A stretch of DNA of 34,611 nt from Eubacteriales bacterium (GCA_045613265.1 JAZLAP010000145.1:1-34611); one strand, 5' to 3'; positions 16,201 through 23,994 are shown, counted from the first letter of the stretch. Notes: generated by a model not told the origin, from the sequence alone. Made by a program: numbers and translations.

Positions 16201-18450
16201 TTCCTTATGACCAAGAGCATCGTTCAGGGTCTCAATTCTCGTAGGATCCTTCGCACCGCACGAGGTACATGCAAAATAAATCTGCGTGCCGGTCGTACAG
16301 GTAGCATCCACAACCGTCTCGGTATCGGCATACACGTGGTTGCCGGTAGGATCGATTGCGATCGCTTCGCCAAAGGTCTTTTCGCAAACGAGGCACATCT
16401 CGATCTTCGAGCCTGCAACGCCGCAGGTAGGATTCTTAGTGGTTACAATCTCAGTCGTGTGGTCGAGAGCAGGAACCGTGTAATCCTTCTCCTCTGCGCC
16501 ACAAACCTTACATACGTGAGTTGCCTTGCCTTCACCCTCACAGGTGGGGACTACGCTGTAAACGGGATCGCCCCAAGTGTGCGCTGCTTCGACTACGTAA
16601 TAACCGCCGACAAAGCCGCATTCACAGATCTGCTTCTTGATGCCGTTGGTCGTGCAGGTGGCAGGCTTAATTACCTTATCCTTGCCCCAAACGTGATTGT
16701 CGGTATTCTTTTCGCCTTCAACCTTATCAACAGTATAGCCACACTCGTCACAGGTGTAACGGTTGACTTCTGCCTTAAGACAGGTTGCAACGGAAACGTT
16801 TACTTTATTAAGGGTGCATTCGCTCTCGCTGAGCTTTTCGCCACAGGTCTGGCAGGACACGGTATGGTTGCCGTTCTTGTCGCTGACAGGACTACCGAGA
16901 GTGTGACCGAATGCCTTCAAAGCAGGATCGGCTACGCCCTCGCCGCCAAGTGCCTCGAACAGGTCACGAACGCCGTCCTCAGGCTTGTAAGTACATCTTG
17001 CGCAGAACTGAACTTCCACAGAGTTGGAGGTACAGGTCGCAGGCTTGACTACGTAATCCCAGTCATGACCAAGGGCATTTGCGCCATCAATCACCTTCTC
17101 GGAGCCTTCCTTCACGGCCTGGCATACGGTACAAGCGATCCAGACCTTGCCGGGGTTCAGACAATCGGCATTCGAATGCGATTCGGTATCCGACCAAGCG
17201 TGTTCACCCACAGCAGGAAGCACCTCGGTAGCGCCGCCTTCCTTTACGGTAAGGCACTTGGTACACATTTCAACAGCAAGACCGGTGTTGCCGCAGTTGG
17301 GCTTCGCCGTGGTCACCATATCATACGTGTGGCCCTCGGTCTCAATCGTGTAGATCTCTTCAAGGTTACATGCGCTGCACTTATGCGTTGCCTTGCCGTC
17401 CTCTTCGCAGGTAGCGGGAGTCACGTTGTAATCCTCGCCCCACGTGTGGCCCTTTTCGATGATCATGTAATCACCGGTCGCGCCGCAGACCTTACAAACC
17501 TGTTTGCCGATGCCGTTCATCGTACAGGTAGCGGGCTTGATTGCCTTCACGTCATAATCGTGCTTCGTGAAGTCGAAGCCTGCATCCTCATCCGTCACGG
17601 AGTAGGAGTAACCGCAGGTGCAGGTGTACGTGGTTACCTTGTAGGTATGGCAGGTAGCATCGGTAACGTCGGTGGTATATACGCACTCGATGTTCTCCTC
17701 GATAACCGTTTTGCAGTCGGCACATACCTTATCGTGGGTTCCGTCGCCGTTAGCAACGAGCTTCGTCTCTGCATGTTCCTTCTTCTTCAGGAGGAGATCT
17801 TCAGCACCTGCTGCAACGGATGCCTCGTAAAGGTCGTCTTCGCCTACTACTTCATCGCAAAGCGCACAGTAGGTAACGACCTTGGCATTGTCCTCGCAGG
17901 TAGCGTCGAACGTCTTGTCATAGGTCTCGGGATGATTGAGCGGAGCAAGATCCTCAATCACCTGCTTGTGTTCCAGATCGGCATAGCCGCAAACCGAACA
18001 CTCATAGACCGCATAGCCGTACTCGGTACAAGTAGGATCAACGATCGTCTCGGTTGCATTCCACGTATGCTCGCCGGTCGCGGGAATCACAACGTCTTCA
18101 CCCAGCTTCTGCTCGCAGATCGCGCACCAAAGATACTTGATTCCGCTCTCGCCGCAGGTCGGCTTCTTGGTTACAAGCCAGTCGTTGGTGTGAAGGGGAA
18201 GCTGCTCGTAAACGGGCTTTCCGCAATCGTCACACTTGTACTTTGCAATACCGATCACGCCGGTTTTGCAGTCCGATTTTTTGAGATCGCTCACATGCGT
18301 CTTGTTCTCGTGGCTGCACTCTTCTACAACCTCAGTGATCGTAGAAGTGAAATCATTGGCCTCGTTCTCTTCTGCTGCAAAGGAAGGAATGTACAGCGAA
18401 GAAAGAAGCGTAAGGCAGGCCAAAATGATTGCAAAAATTCTGTTTTTCAT
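13216..18450 (-). CDS. Giant secreted His/Cys-rich repeat protein (~1744 aa) with a non-repetitive C-terminal region
   Basis: ATG 18450 has RBS TGGAGG (track start 18462 is a TTG inside the RBS). Sec signal peptide MKNRIFAIILACLTLLSSLYIPSFA-A. About 36 modules of the form H-x~10-(P/A)TC-x~9-CxxC. C-terminus ends YSLAQYAA..LSNLLRAMMAY. Confidence 0.9.
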   Translation of the reverse strand: MKNRIFAIILACLTLLSSLYIPSFAAEENEANDFTSTITEVVEECSHENKTHVSDLKKSDCKTGVIGIAKYKCDDCGKPVYEQLPLHTNDWLVTKKPTCGESGIKYLWCAICEQKLGEDVVIPATGEHTWNATETIVDPTCTEYGYAVYECSVCGYADLEHKQVIEDLAPLNHPETYDKTFDATCEDNAKVVTYCALCDEVVGEDDLYEASVAAGAEDLLLKKKEHAETKLVANGDGTHDKVCADCKTVIEENIECVYTTDVTDATCHTYKVTTYTCTCGYSYSVTDEDAGFDFTKHDYDVKAIKPATCTMNGIGKQVCKVCGATGDYMIIEKGHTWGEDYNVTPATCEEDGKATHKCSACNLEEIYTIETEGHTYDMVTTAKPNCGNTGLAVEMCTKCLTVKEGGATEVLPAVGEHAWSDTESHSNADCLNPGKVWIACTVCQAVKEGSEKVIDGANALGHDWDYVVKPATCTSNSVEVQFCARCTYKPEDGVRDLFEALGGEGVADPALKAFGHTLGSPVSDKNGNHTVSCQTCGEKLSESECTLNKVNVSVATCLKAEVNRYTCDECGYTVDKVEGEKNTDNHVWGKDKVIKPATCTTNGIKKQICECGFVGGYYVVEAAHTWGDPVYSVVPTCEGEGKATHVCKVCGAEEKDYTVPALDHTTEIVTTKNPTCGVAGSKIEMCLVCEKTFGEAIAIDPTGNHVYADTETVVDATCTTGTQIYFACTSCGAKDPTRIETLNDALGHKEESKHYDADCENPEREEIFCTVCKEILDTVDLSEELGADGNPVGSPALGHNYGEFAYATGGKHKAVCARCGDEDFENCEWENEIIPGTCQNYEYTKFTCTVCEHSFQNKTGEKDPTNHTYDKELIIKAPTCTTNGIAKAACACGAIRPENPYYLVPAAHTWDEPVYSVVPTCDGEGKASHVCKVCGVEEKDYTVPALGHKTEIVVTKNPTCGVAGSKIDTCTVCLKTFGDAIAINPTGNHTWVTEQTKDATCTEAAKVYTVCTVCKAEKDVVTVGDPLGHVDADGSEYRKPTCTTNGLDVSVCDRCKTEFDKVDLYEATGDEAEKALGHTYGGYAYADKDQHTRTCKVCQYVEKKAHRYGSAVTTVATCQKKEVTTYTCKDCKHAYTEETAAKNPQNHEWTEAVVKAPTCTASGIGKYVCACDSKLNNGYFLMPAAHSYDRTVVTAPTCTEPGAGVDTCKVCGVSVDVVIDATGHNMEFKVVTNPTCGVDGKKTEFCKVCGAEGETAAIDATGEHTWAAEEYIEEATCTHNAFVYIPCTVCSAAKDGVKHEVANSKLEHTELVTEYAADCENDARTVISCSVCQTEIQTINHYVASINPETGKGDDTLKALGHDWSEYVTVDGEHSRVCATCNKTEKAECSYVETSVAATCQKGAYTHFECSVCKDSYDSEPGEQLDATNHAFAEVIIKPSTDCNTTGIAKSACACGVVEEYYIIPAGHTWCEHDHISEISDTVYQICAVCGSYHIAAYFGEQDVEVGQVVDFIGFDSAISIVPTIDSKITLTISVKDTHLGRYHAAWIEVNGEKVESYDEVEGVYTFVYTTDKLSAILDTFEVRLFGEIAGILCAGDAETFAFDRVAEAPVVEAVPTKKIENATAFFAGRGVSIGDKVSFVYHITTNLPEGARLVLTNKDGDKIYDSIAIADCEIVNGVYVVEVEIDAANWGQVFAATICNAENTAISNTNYYSLAQYAALKIVADETNALSNLLRAMMAYIAE
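15488..16566. repeat. Pair of ~227-bp closely similar direct repeats (15488-15714 and 16340-16566) inside the giant gene
   Basis: Constant 852-nt (284-codon) offset; shared blocks such as GCAACGCCGCAGGTAGGATTCTTAGTG and TCACAGGTGGGGACTACGCTGTAAACGGG. Confidence 0.9.
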
Positions 18451-18517
18451 TTTTTCCTCCAAGTGGTAGTGTTAGATAAAATTGGTTGCTGTTACGTATG
18501 ACTGTCTTTCTCCCTCG

Positions 18518-18556
18518 TCAGGGGGGCCTCACCCTTTGTCGAAGTTGCTTTTCCAT
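18518..18556 (-). CDS. Leader (upstream) ORF MEKQLRQRVRPP*, candidate ribosome-arrest peptide
   Basis: Strong RBS GAAAGGAG 8 nt before ATG; 12 codons ending AGG CCC CCC TGA; lies between the promoter and the giant gene. Confidence 0.65.
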   Translation of the reverse strand: MEKQLRQRVRPP

Positions 18557-18646
18557 AGCAAATGCTCCTTTCAAATTTTGAATACGATAAGAATTTTGGT
18601 ACGCAACAAGGATTGCGTATTTGCATAGCTCTACCTACGCATGATA

Positions 18647-18675
18647 AGAATACCATAAAAAATCAATTTTGTCAA
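18647..18675 (-). promoter_or_regulatory. sigmaA promoter of leader ORF + giant gene
   Basis: Minus strand TTGACA-17 bp-TATTCT with TGn extension. Confidence 0.75.
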
Positions 18676-19276
18676 GCGTTTGTAAAATTTTTATTCATAT
18701 AAAACGTAAAAAAAACGTTAAATTTCACAAAACTTCACAATTCCTTCACCCAACAACATTTTTTTGGTAAAAATTCCGCGCAAATACAAGCCGTTTTTAC
18801 CCCCATTTCAGAAGGCTGAACAGAATCGGCAAAGTACAGCTCGCTTGCTTTCCGAAGCCTCTGTGCGTGCCGTTATATCCGAACCCAACACCCATTTTTT
18901 TGATATCCGTCGCTTTGTACTCTTACCGTTTTCTTGCGGATACGGATGATGCAAAAACAACGGAATTTTGTCGCATAATCGCGGCCCCGCGAAACAGGTG
19001 TTCGTGCATTGTTCACAAAAATTTAATATTTAAATGTGCCCAAAAACCACGTGGGATTCTTTGATTATAGCATACAAAAAGATATTTTGCAACAATTATT
19101 CGTATTTTTGCAAAAATTCACAATTTGTTTAAATTTAAACCCCCGTTTTTTTACGGCAGCAATTTTGTTACCCGTATGCTCTCCGCGGCTTGCACGCATT
19201 TTTCTCTACATTATATATGTGCGTATGCGCGTATCCGATACTCAATGTATCGACATAGCATGATACAAAAAAGGAC

Positions 19277-19332
19277 TTGCAAAATCAAATTCAACATGTT
19301 ATAATATATGTACGCGACATGTTATAATATAT
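19277..19332 (+). promoter_or_regulatory. sigmaA promoter of the DtxR/MntR gene with a duplicated extended -10 block
   Basis: TTGCAA-17 bp-TATAAT (19277-19305); ACATGTTATAATATAT occurs at 19294-19309 and 19317-19332. Confidence 0.7.
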
Positions 19333-19355
19333 AATGTTGAAAAGGAGGTGCTGAC

Positions 19356-19727
19356 GTGGCACTGCAGGAATCGGGTGAAATGTATCTCGAATCAATTCTC
19401 CGCCTCGAAAAGGAAAAGCCCTTCGTGCGCTCGATTGACATAAGCGAGCACATGAATTATTCAAAGCCCAGTGTCAGTCGCGCCGTAGGACTGCTGAAAA
19501 AAAGCGGGCACATTGACGTTGATAAGGACGGTTACATCCGTCTGACCGACGCAGGACGCGTAGTTGCCGAAAAAATATATGAGCGACACACCTTTCTCAC
19601 AGATTTTCTCGTACGTCTCGGCGTCCCCAAAGACATCGCCGCAAGCGATGCCTGCAAGATCGAACACGTTTTAAGCGATGCCACCTTTTGCGCCATCAAA
19701 GCCTTTGCCGCCACAGACCTTCCATAA
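19356..19727 (+). CDS. DtxR/MntR family metal-dependent transcriptional regulator (short form, no FeoA domain)
   Basis: ESGEMYLESI, VRSIDIS..MNYSKPSVSRAV, IYERH, DACKIEH; RBS AAGGAGGTG, GTG start. Confidence 0.93.
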   Translation: MALQESGEMYLESILRLEKEKPFVRSIDISEHMNYSKPSVSRAVGLLKKSGHIDVDKDGYIRLTDAGRVVAEKIYERHTFLTDFLVRLGVPKDIAASDACKIEHVLSDATFCAIKAFAATDLP

Positions 19728-19819
19728 CGTATGAAGCGTTATTCACAAGCGTAATGTAAGCTACGGTTTACCTTACGCTTTTCTTTTTGCGAATATGTGA
19801 ACAAATTTTGCAATTTGTC

Positions 19820-19848
19820 TTGACAGAGCGAACAGAAAGCGTTATAAT
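19820..19848 (+). promoter_or_regulatory. Consensus sigmaA promoter of the antiporter
   Basis: TTGACA-17 bp-TATAAT. Confidence 0.8.
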
Positions 19849-19924
19849 CATACGCAGCGCGTGGTGCGCCCGTGAGCTTCGGTGTCGTGCCACGCCAATT
19901 ATGTTGCAAAAGAGGTCATCCATC

Positions 19925-21205
19925 ATGCAATCACTACTCGCGCTCGCCATCGCCCTTTTGGCAGGACTCTTTCTTTCACGCTTGGCAAAACGCCTCGGTC
20001 TTCCCGCCGTCACCGCATATCTTGTCGCCGGTGTTCTCATCGGTCCCTATTTGCTCGGTGCCTTCGGCATCAAAGGACTCGGCTTCATCAGCCACACGGA
20101 TGTAAAATACTATAGCATCATTTCGGACGTCGCGCTCGGCTTCATTGCCTTCTCGATCGGCAACGAATTCCGCCTTGCACAGTTGAAACAGATCGGCAAA
20201 CAGGCAACCATCATTGGCATCCTGCAAGCAGTGGTCTCCTCCCTTACCGTCGATGCTGCCCTGATCGCCCTGCACTTCGTCTTCCCGCATGTGCTCCCTC
20301 TTCCCGCAGCCATCGTTTTGGGTGCCGTTGCTTCGGCACCCGCTCCTGCCGCAACGCTGATGGTCGTCCGTCAATACAAGGCAAAAGGCCCCGTCACGGA
20401 TATGCTTCTCCCCGTTGTCGCACTGGATGATGCCGTCGGACTTGTTCTGTTTGCGATCTCCTTCGGCGTAGCCAAAGCCCTCATTTCGGGAGCCGTCGAT
20501 GTCGTTTCGATCATCATCGAGCCGCTTCTCGAGGTTCTGCTTTCTCTCCTTCTCGGTGCCGTTATGGGCATGCTCTTCACCTTTGCCGAGCGTTTCTACC
20601 ATTCGCGCTCTAAGCGTCTCTCCATATCGGTCGCATTTGTACTTCTGACCGTCGGAATTTCAATGATGAGCTGGCAGTTTGAGCTGTTCGGCCACACAAT
20701 CCACATTGCCTTTTCCTCACTTCTCGCCTGCATGATGCTCGGCACTATGTTCTGCAATCTGTGCGACTTTTCCGAGGAGCTGATGGATCGCCTCGACCGT
20801 TGGACGAGTCCGCTCTTCATCCTCTTCTTCGTCCTGAGCGGCGCAGAGCTTGAGCTTTCAGTCTTCAAAAGCGGTGCTGTAGTGCTGATCGGTATCGTTT
20901 ACATACTCGCACGCTCGATCGGTAAATGCGTCGGTGCATTCGGCAGCGCCAAGCTGGTTCACAGTCATCCCAACGTCATTAAGTATCTCGGTATAACGCT
21001 CCTGCCGCAAGCGGGCGTCGCACTCGGCATGGCAATCAAGGCGGAAACGCTCGGTGACGCAGGCATGACGGTCGCCAACATCACCCTGCTCGCGGTTTTG
21101 TTCTACGAGCTCGTCGGACCGCTTCTTACCAAGATCGCGCTTTTGAAAGCAGGCGAAATCAAGCCGGAAGAACGGAAGAGTGTGCGCGGCGAACAAATCA
21201 AATAA
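19925..21205 (+). CDS. Cation:proton antiporter (CPA2/KefB-like Na+/H+ exchanger family)
   Basis: LPAVTAYLVAGVLIGP, ALGFIAFSIGNEF, APAAT, VALDDA, FFVLSGAEL, LLPQAGVALG. Start moved to ATG 19925 (RBS AAGAGG, downstream of the promoter). Confidence 0.9.
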   Translation: MQSLLALAIALLAGLFLSRLAKRLGLPAVTAYLVAGVLIGPYLLGAFGIKGLGFISHTDVKYYSIISDVALGFIAFSIGNEFRLAQLKQIGKQATIIGILQAVVSSLTVDAALIALHFVFPHVLPLPAAIVLGAVASAPAPAATLMVVRQYKAKGPVTDMLLPVVALDDAVGLVLFAISFGVAKALISGAVDVVSIIIEPLLEVLLSLLLGAVMGMLFTFAERFYHSRSKRLSISVAFVLLTVGISMMSWQFELFGHTIHIAFSSLLACMMLGTMFCNLCDFSEELMDRLDRWTSPLFILFFVLSGAELELSVFKSGAVVLIGIVYILARSIGKCVGAFGSAKLVHSHPNVIKYLGITLLPQAGVALGMAIKAETLGDAGMTVANITLLAVLFYELVGPLLTKIALLKAGEIKPEERKSVRGEQIK

Positions 21206-21214
21206 CGCTCTAAA

Positions 21215-21250
21215 AAAGCGGAATGTAAATCCGAATTTACATTCCGCTTT
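21215..21250. terminator. Bidirectional terminator between antiporter and malQ
   Basis: Perfect 16-bp stem AAAGCGGAATGTAAAT / ATTTACATTCCGCTTT. Confidence 0.8.
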
Positions 21251-21255
21251 CTGTT

Positions 21256-22719
21256 TTATATTCTGCCGTAACGGCGATTTTCTTCATATAATAACGTACT
21301 GTCAAGCCGCGCAAGCTGCTCTGCCGTCACCCGATATCGCCAATTCCCCGCTGCACGACCGGGAATATTGATACGCGTGTCGGCTCCGTACACAAGCAAA
21401 TCCTGTATCGGAAAAATCACCAAATTTGCGTGCGAAGCAAGCAAAACACGGCGAGCATCGCATACCAGAGATTCGGCACGTGTGTCTATGCCGCCCACAT
21501 ACCGACGGATACACTCCCGCCTTTCCGCATCACATTCCATCAGATAGCCGAGAAGCGTATTATTGTCATGCGTCCCCGTATACGCCGCGATCTCGCTGTG
21601 ATAGCGATACGGCAAATGCCGGTCATCGTCACCTTCAAACGCAAACTGAAATACCCGCGTCGCATAAAAACCGCTATAACGCACAAGACTCTCTACAGCA
21701 GGCGTGATATTACCAAGATCCTCGGCGATCATAAGTGCATCGCCGGCAACCTCCTTTATCGCGCGGATAAAAGGACGCCCCGGCCCGGTCTGCCAGCGAC
21801 CGCCACGGGCATCCTCTGCATCCGCAGGAATCGCATAATAGGCATCAAGTCCACGAAAATGATCGATACGCACCCCATCAAACAACATCAGCATGTGTGA
21901 AAGCCGATCCCGCCACCAGCGGTAATGATCCTTCTTCATCTCCTGCCAGTTGTATAGCGGATTTCCCCAAAGCTGCCCGTCTGCGGTAAAATCATCGGGC
22001 GGCACACCCGCCACCATACGCGGTCTCCCATCCTTTGTCAGCAAAAACTGACGCGGATCACCGTACACATCGGCGCTCTCCAACGAAACGTAAATCGGCA
22101 AATCGCCGATAATCGATACCCCGTGCTCATTGGCATACGCGCGCACGCGCGCCCACTGCTCGAAAAAGGTGTACTGAATAAACTCCCAGGAGAACAGTCG
22201 ATCGGGATCCGGCACATCATCAGGAAACAAAGCGGAAGGTATGCCGTTGTGCTTGTCACGAAGTGCCATATAGCGGCAAAACGCAGCAATATGCGGATGT
22301 GCTTCCATAAACGCCCGAATCGGCGCGCGATCGCAAACCCGGGCAGCAGCTCGCATCAAAAGCGGAATCCGTTCGTGCGATAAGGTGGTATAATCAACCG
22401 CATACGGTGCATCGACCGTTGCACGGTACACCTCTTCCTCCGTCAGAAGTCCTTCTTCGTATAAAAGCTCCGGGTCAACGAAATACGGATTGCCGCTAAA
22501 GCTGCCGTAGGATGCGTAAGGCGAACCGTATTCGTCGGTCATACCAAAGGGGAGCACCTGCCAATATGAAAACCCGGATGCAGCAAGAAGATCAATAAAA
22601 GAGCGTGCCTCCTTACCAAAACTGCCGCAGCCGTAACGACCGGGCAGAGAAAAAACGGGCAGAAGAACACCACTTGCACGGCGATTTTCCCGAAGACTTG
22701 TTTTGCCTCTGTTATGCAT
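21256..22719 (-). CDS. malQ: 4-alpha-glucanotransferase (amylomaltase, GH77)
   Basis: RASGVLLP..SLP, YWQVLP, IIGDLPIYV, AGVPPDDF..GQLWGNPLY, VRIDHFRG, IAEDLG, YTGTHDNNT, RINIPG...NW. Confidence 0.95.
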   Translation of the reverse strand: MHNRGKTSLRENRRASGVLLPVFSLPGRYGCGSFGKEARSFIDLLAASGFSYWQVLPFGMTDEYGSPYASYGSFSGNPYFVDPELLYEEGLLTEEEVYRATVDAPYAVDYTTLSHERIPLLMRAAARVCDRAPIRAFMEAHPHIAAFCRYMALRDKHNGIPSALFPDDVPDPDRLFSWEFIQYTFFEQWARVRAYANEHGVSIIGDLPIYVSLESADVYGDPRQFLLTKDGRPRMVAGVPPDDFTADGQLWGNPLYNWQEMKKDHYRWWRDRLSHMLMLFDGVRIDHFRGLDAYYAIPADAEDARGGRWQTGPGRPFIRAIKEVAGDALMIAEDLGNITPAVESLVRYSGFYATRVFQFAFEGDDDRHLPYRYHSEIAAYTGTHDNNTLLGYLMECDAERRECIRRYVGGIDTRAESLVCDARRVLLASHANLVIFPIQDLLVYGADTRINIPGRAAGNWRYRVTAEQLARLDSTLLYEENRRYGRI

Positions 22720-22783
22720 AGCATCTCCTTTTTTCTAACACAAATCAAAGTCTTCCCCGTGCCGTTGAAATTTAATCAGGTTT

Positions 22784-23527
22784 TCAAAGTGGTCTCTTTA
22801 ATATTTTTGCATAAGGCCGCGGATATTCCTGCGGCGTATTCAGTTTTTTTCGAGCGATCAATGCCACGCGAGAGAGTGTTTCATCTTCATTACGCACAAG
22901 CAATTCCTCCGCATGCACGTCACAGCCTCCGAGAACGCGGTAGGCGTTCTTCGCCGCCGTCGCCTCCTCCATGGCATCGCGCCCCTTCGGTGCAACGAAA
23001 AGGCCGCCGACACGCAGGAAGGGCAGACAAAGCTCAGCCAACACGGGCAGCGCCGCCACAGCGCGCGCCGTCACTGCATCAAAGCTCTCGCGATAGACAG
23101 GTTCCATCCAGATCTCCTCGGCGCGCCCCGTCAAAACGGAAACGTTGCTCAGAGACAGAATACGCGCGCTCTCTTCAATATATACCGTCTTCTTCTTCGT
23201 TGCATCCAACGCCGTGATTCTGAGATCGGGACGAACAATCGCAAGCGGAAGTGTCGGAAAACCGCCGCCCGCGCCCACGTCCAGAACACGCGCTCCTTCC
23301 GGAAAGCAGGGCGCAATGGATACACTGTCGCAAAAATGCAGCAGCGCAGCCCGCGCAGGCTCGACAACTGCGGTCAGGTTGTACCGCTTGTTTTCCTCGA
23401 TCAGACGAAGATACAGCGTTGCCATTTTTCGCCGTACCTCATCAGACATATACGCATCCAGTCCCGATAGGGACATGCATGCGCAAAGTGCTTTTTCAAA
23501 ATCCGAAAAAAGATCAGTTTCATGCAT
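22784..23527 (-). CDS. rsmG: 16S rRNA (guanine-527-N7) methyltransferase
   Basis: NLTAV, HFCDS, LDVGAGGGFP..PLAI, GRAEE, RESFDAVTARAVA, TPQEYPR. Start ATG 23527 chosen for RBS AGGTG. Confidence 0.92.
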   Translation of the reverse strand: MHETDLFSDFEKALCACMSLSGLDAYMSDEVRRKMATLYLRLIEENKRYNLTAVVEPARAALLHFCDSVSIAPCFPEGARVLDVGAGGGFPTLPLAIVRPDLRITALDATKKKTVYIEESARILSLSNVSVLTGRAEEIWMEPVYRESFDAVTARAVAALPVLAELCLPFLRVGGLFVAPKGRDAMEEATAAKNAYRVLGGCDVHAEELLVRNEDETLSRVALIARKKLNTPQEYPRPYAKILKRPL

Positions 23528-23965
23528 ATTTTTCACCTGTTTCGTCCATAATATCCATAGTTTTGTCAATATTTATTCTATATTTGTTCTGCAAAACCCC
23601 TCCACGCATACGCCACACGCAGAACGCAAAAAGCAGCCGCGCGCATCGCGGGATAGCTTATAAAAAATTCGTCTCCATGCGTGCGAGGGACCTGCGTTTT
23701 TTCGTTTTTCACCGCACGCCGCCGTCAAACCCAACCCGAACCGCAGAATTCAACGGAATGCAGAACATAAAAGAAAAATCCATTTATTACAGAATTTACA
23801 ATTATAAAAAGTCAAATGCGTCCCAAACAGCATTCGCCGCTCCGAATGCATTATCAAATGTATTGCGCCACTATTGTATCACACATCCGTAAAAATTGCA
23901 AGACACAAATATGGGCTTTCACGGAGATTTTTTCCTTTCCTTCCGTTTTATTTTTAACAATCTAC

Positions 23966-23994
23966 TTGACTTCATGCAGAAAATGTGGTATTAT
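23966..23994 (+). promoter_or_regulatory. sigmaA promoter of pgk-tpiA
   Basis: TTGACT-17 bp-TATTAT with TGn extension. Confidence 0.75.

Noticed and set aside
15488-16566. Repeat pair as a diversity-generating retroelement template/variable repeat
   Set aside because: Both copies are in-frame internal coding modules, differences are not confined to adenines, and no reverse transcriptase is present in the window.
13216-18450. Giant protein as a multiheme c-type cytochrome or nanowire
   Set aside because: Motifs are CxxC followed by G/K/E etc.; no CxxCH found (only two CxxCxH), and no cytochrome c maturation genes in the window.
13522-18501. 1659-aa ORF antisense to the giant gene
   Set aside because: Same codon register as the sense gene (offset 306 nt), so it stays open simply because the sense gene avoids TTA, CTA and TCA codons. 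No RBS or recognisable motifs.
19787-19924. N-terminal extension of the antiporter in the ORF track (similar over-extensions at 13082-13156 and 23528-23569)
   Set aside because: The extensions lack RBSs and two of them span a promoter or terminator; downstream ATGs have good RBSs and match family starts.
23550-23562. DnaA box / oriC near rsmG
   Set aside because: Only one 7/9 match (ATATCCATA), no cluster, and no dnaA or mnmG context.
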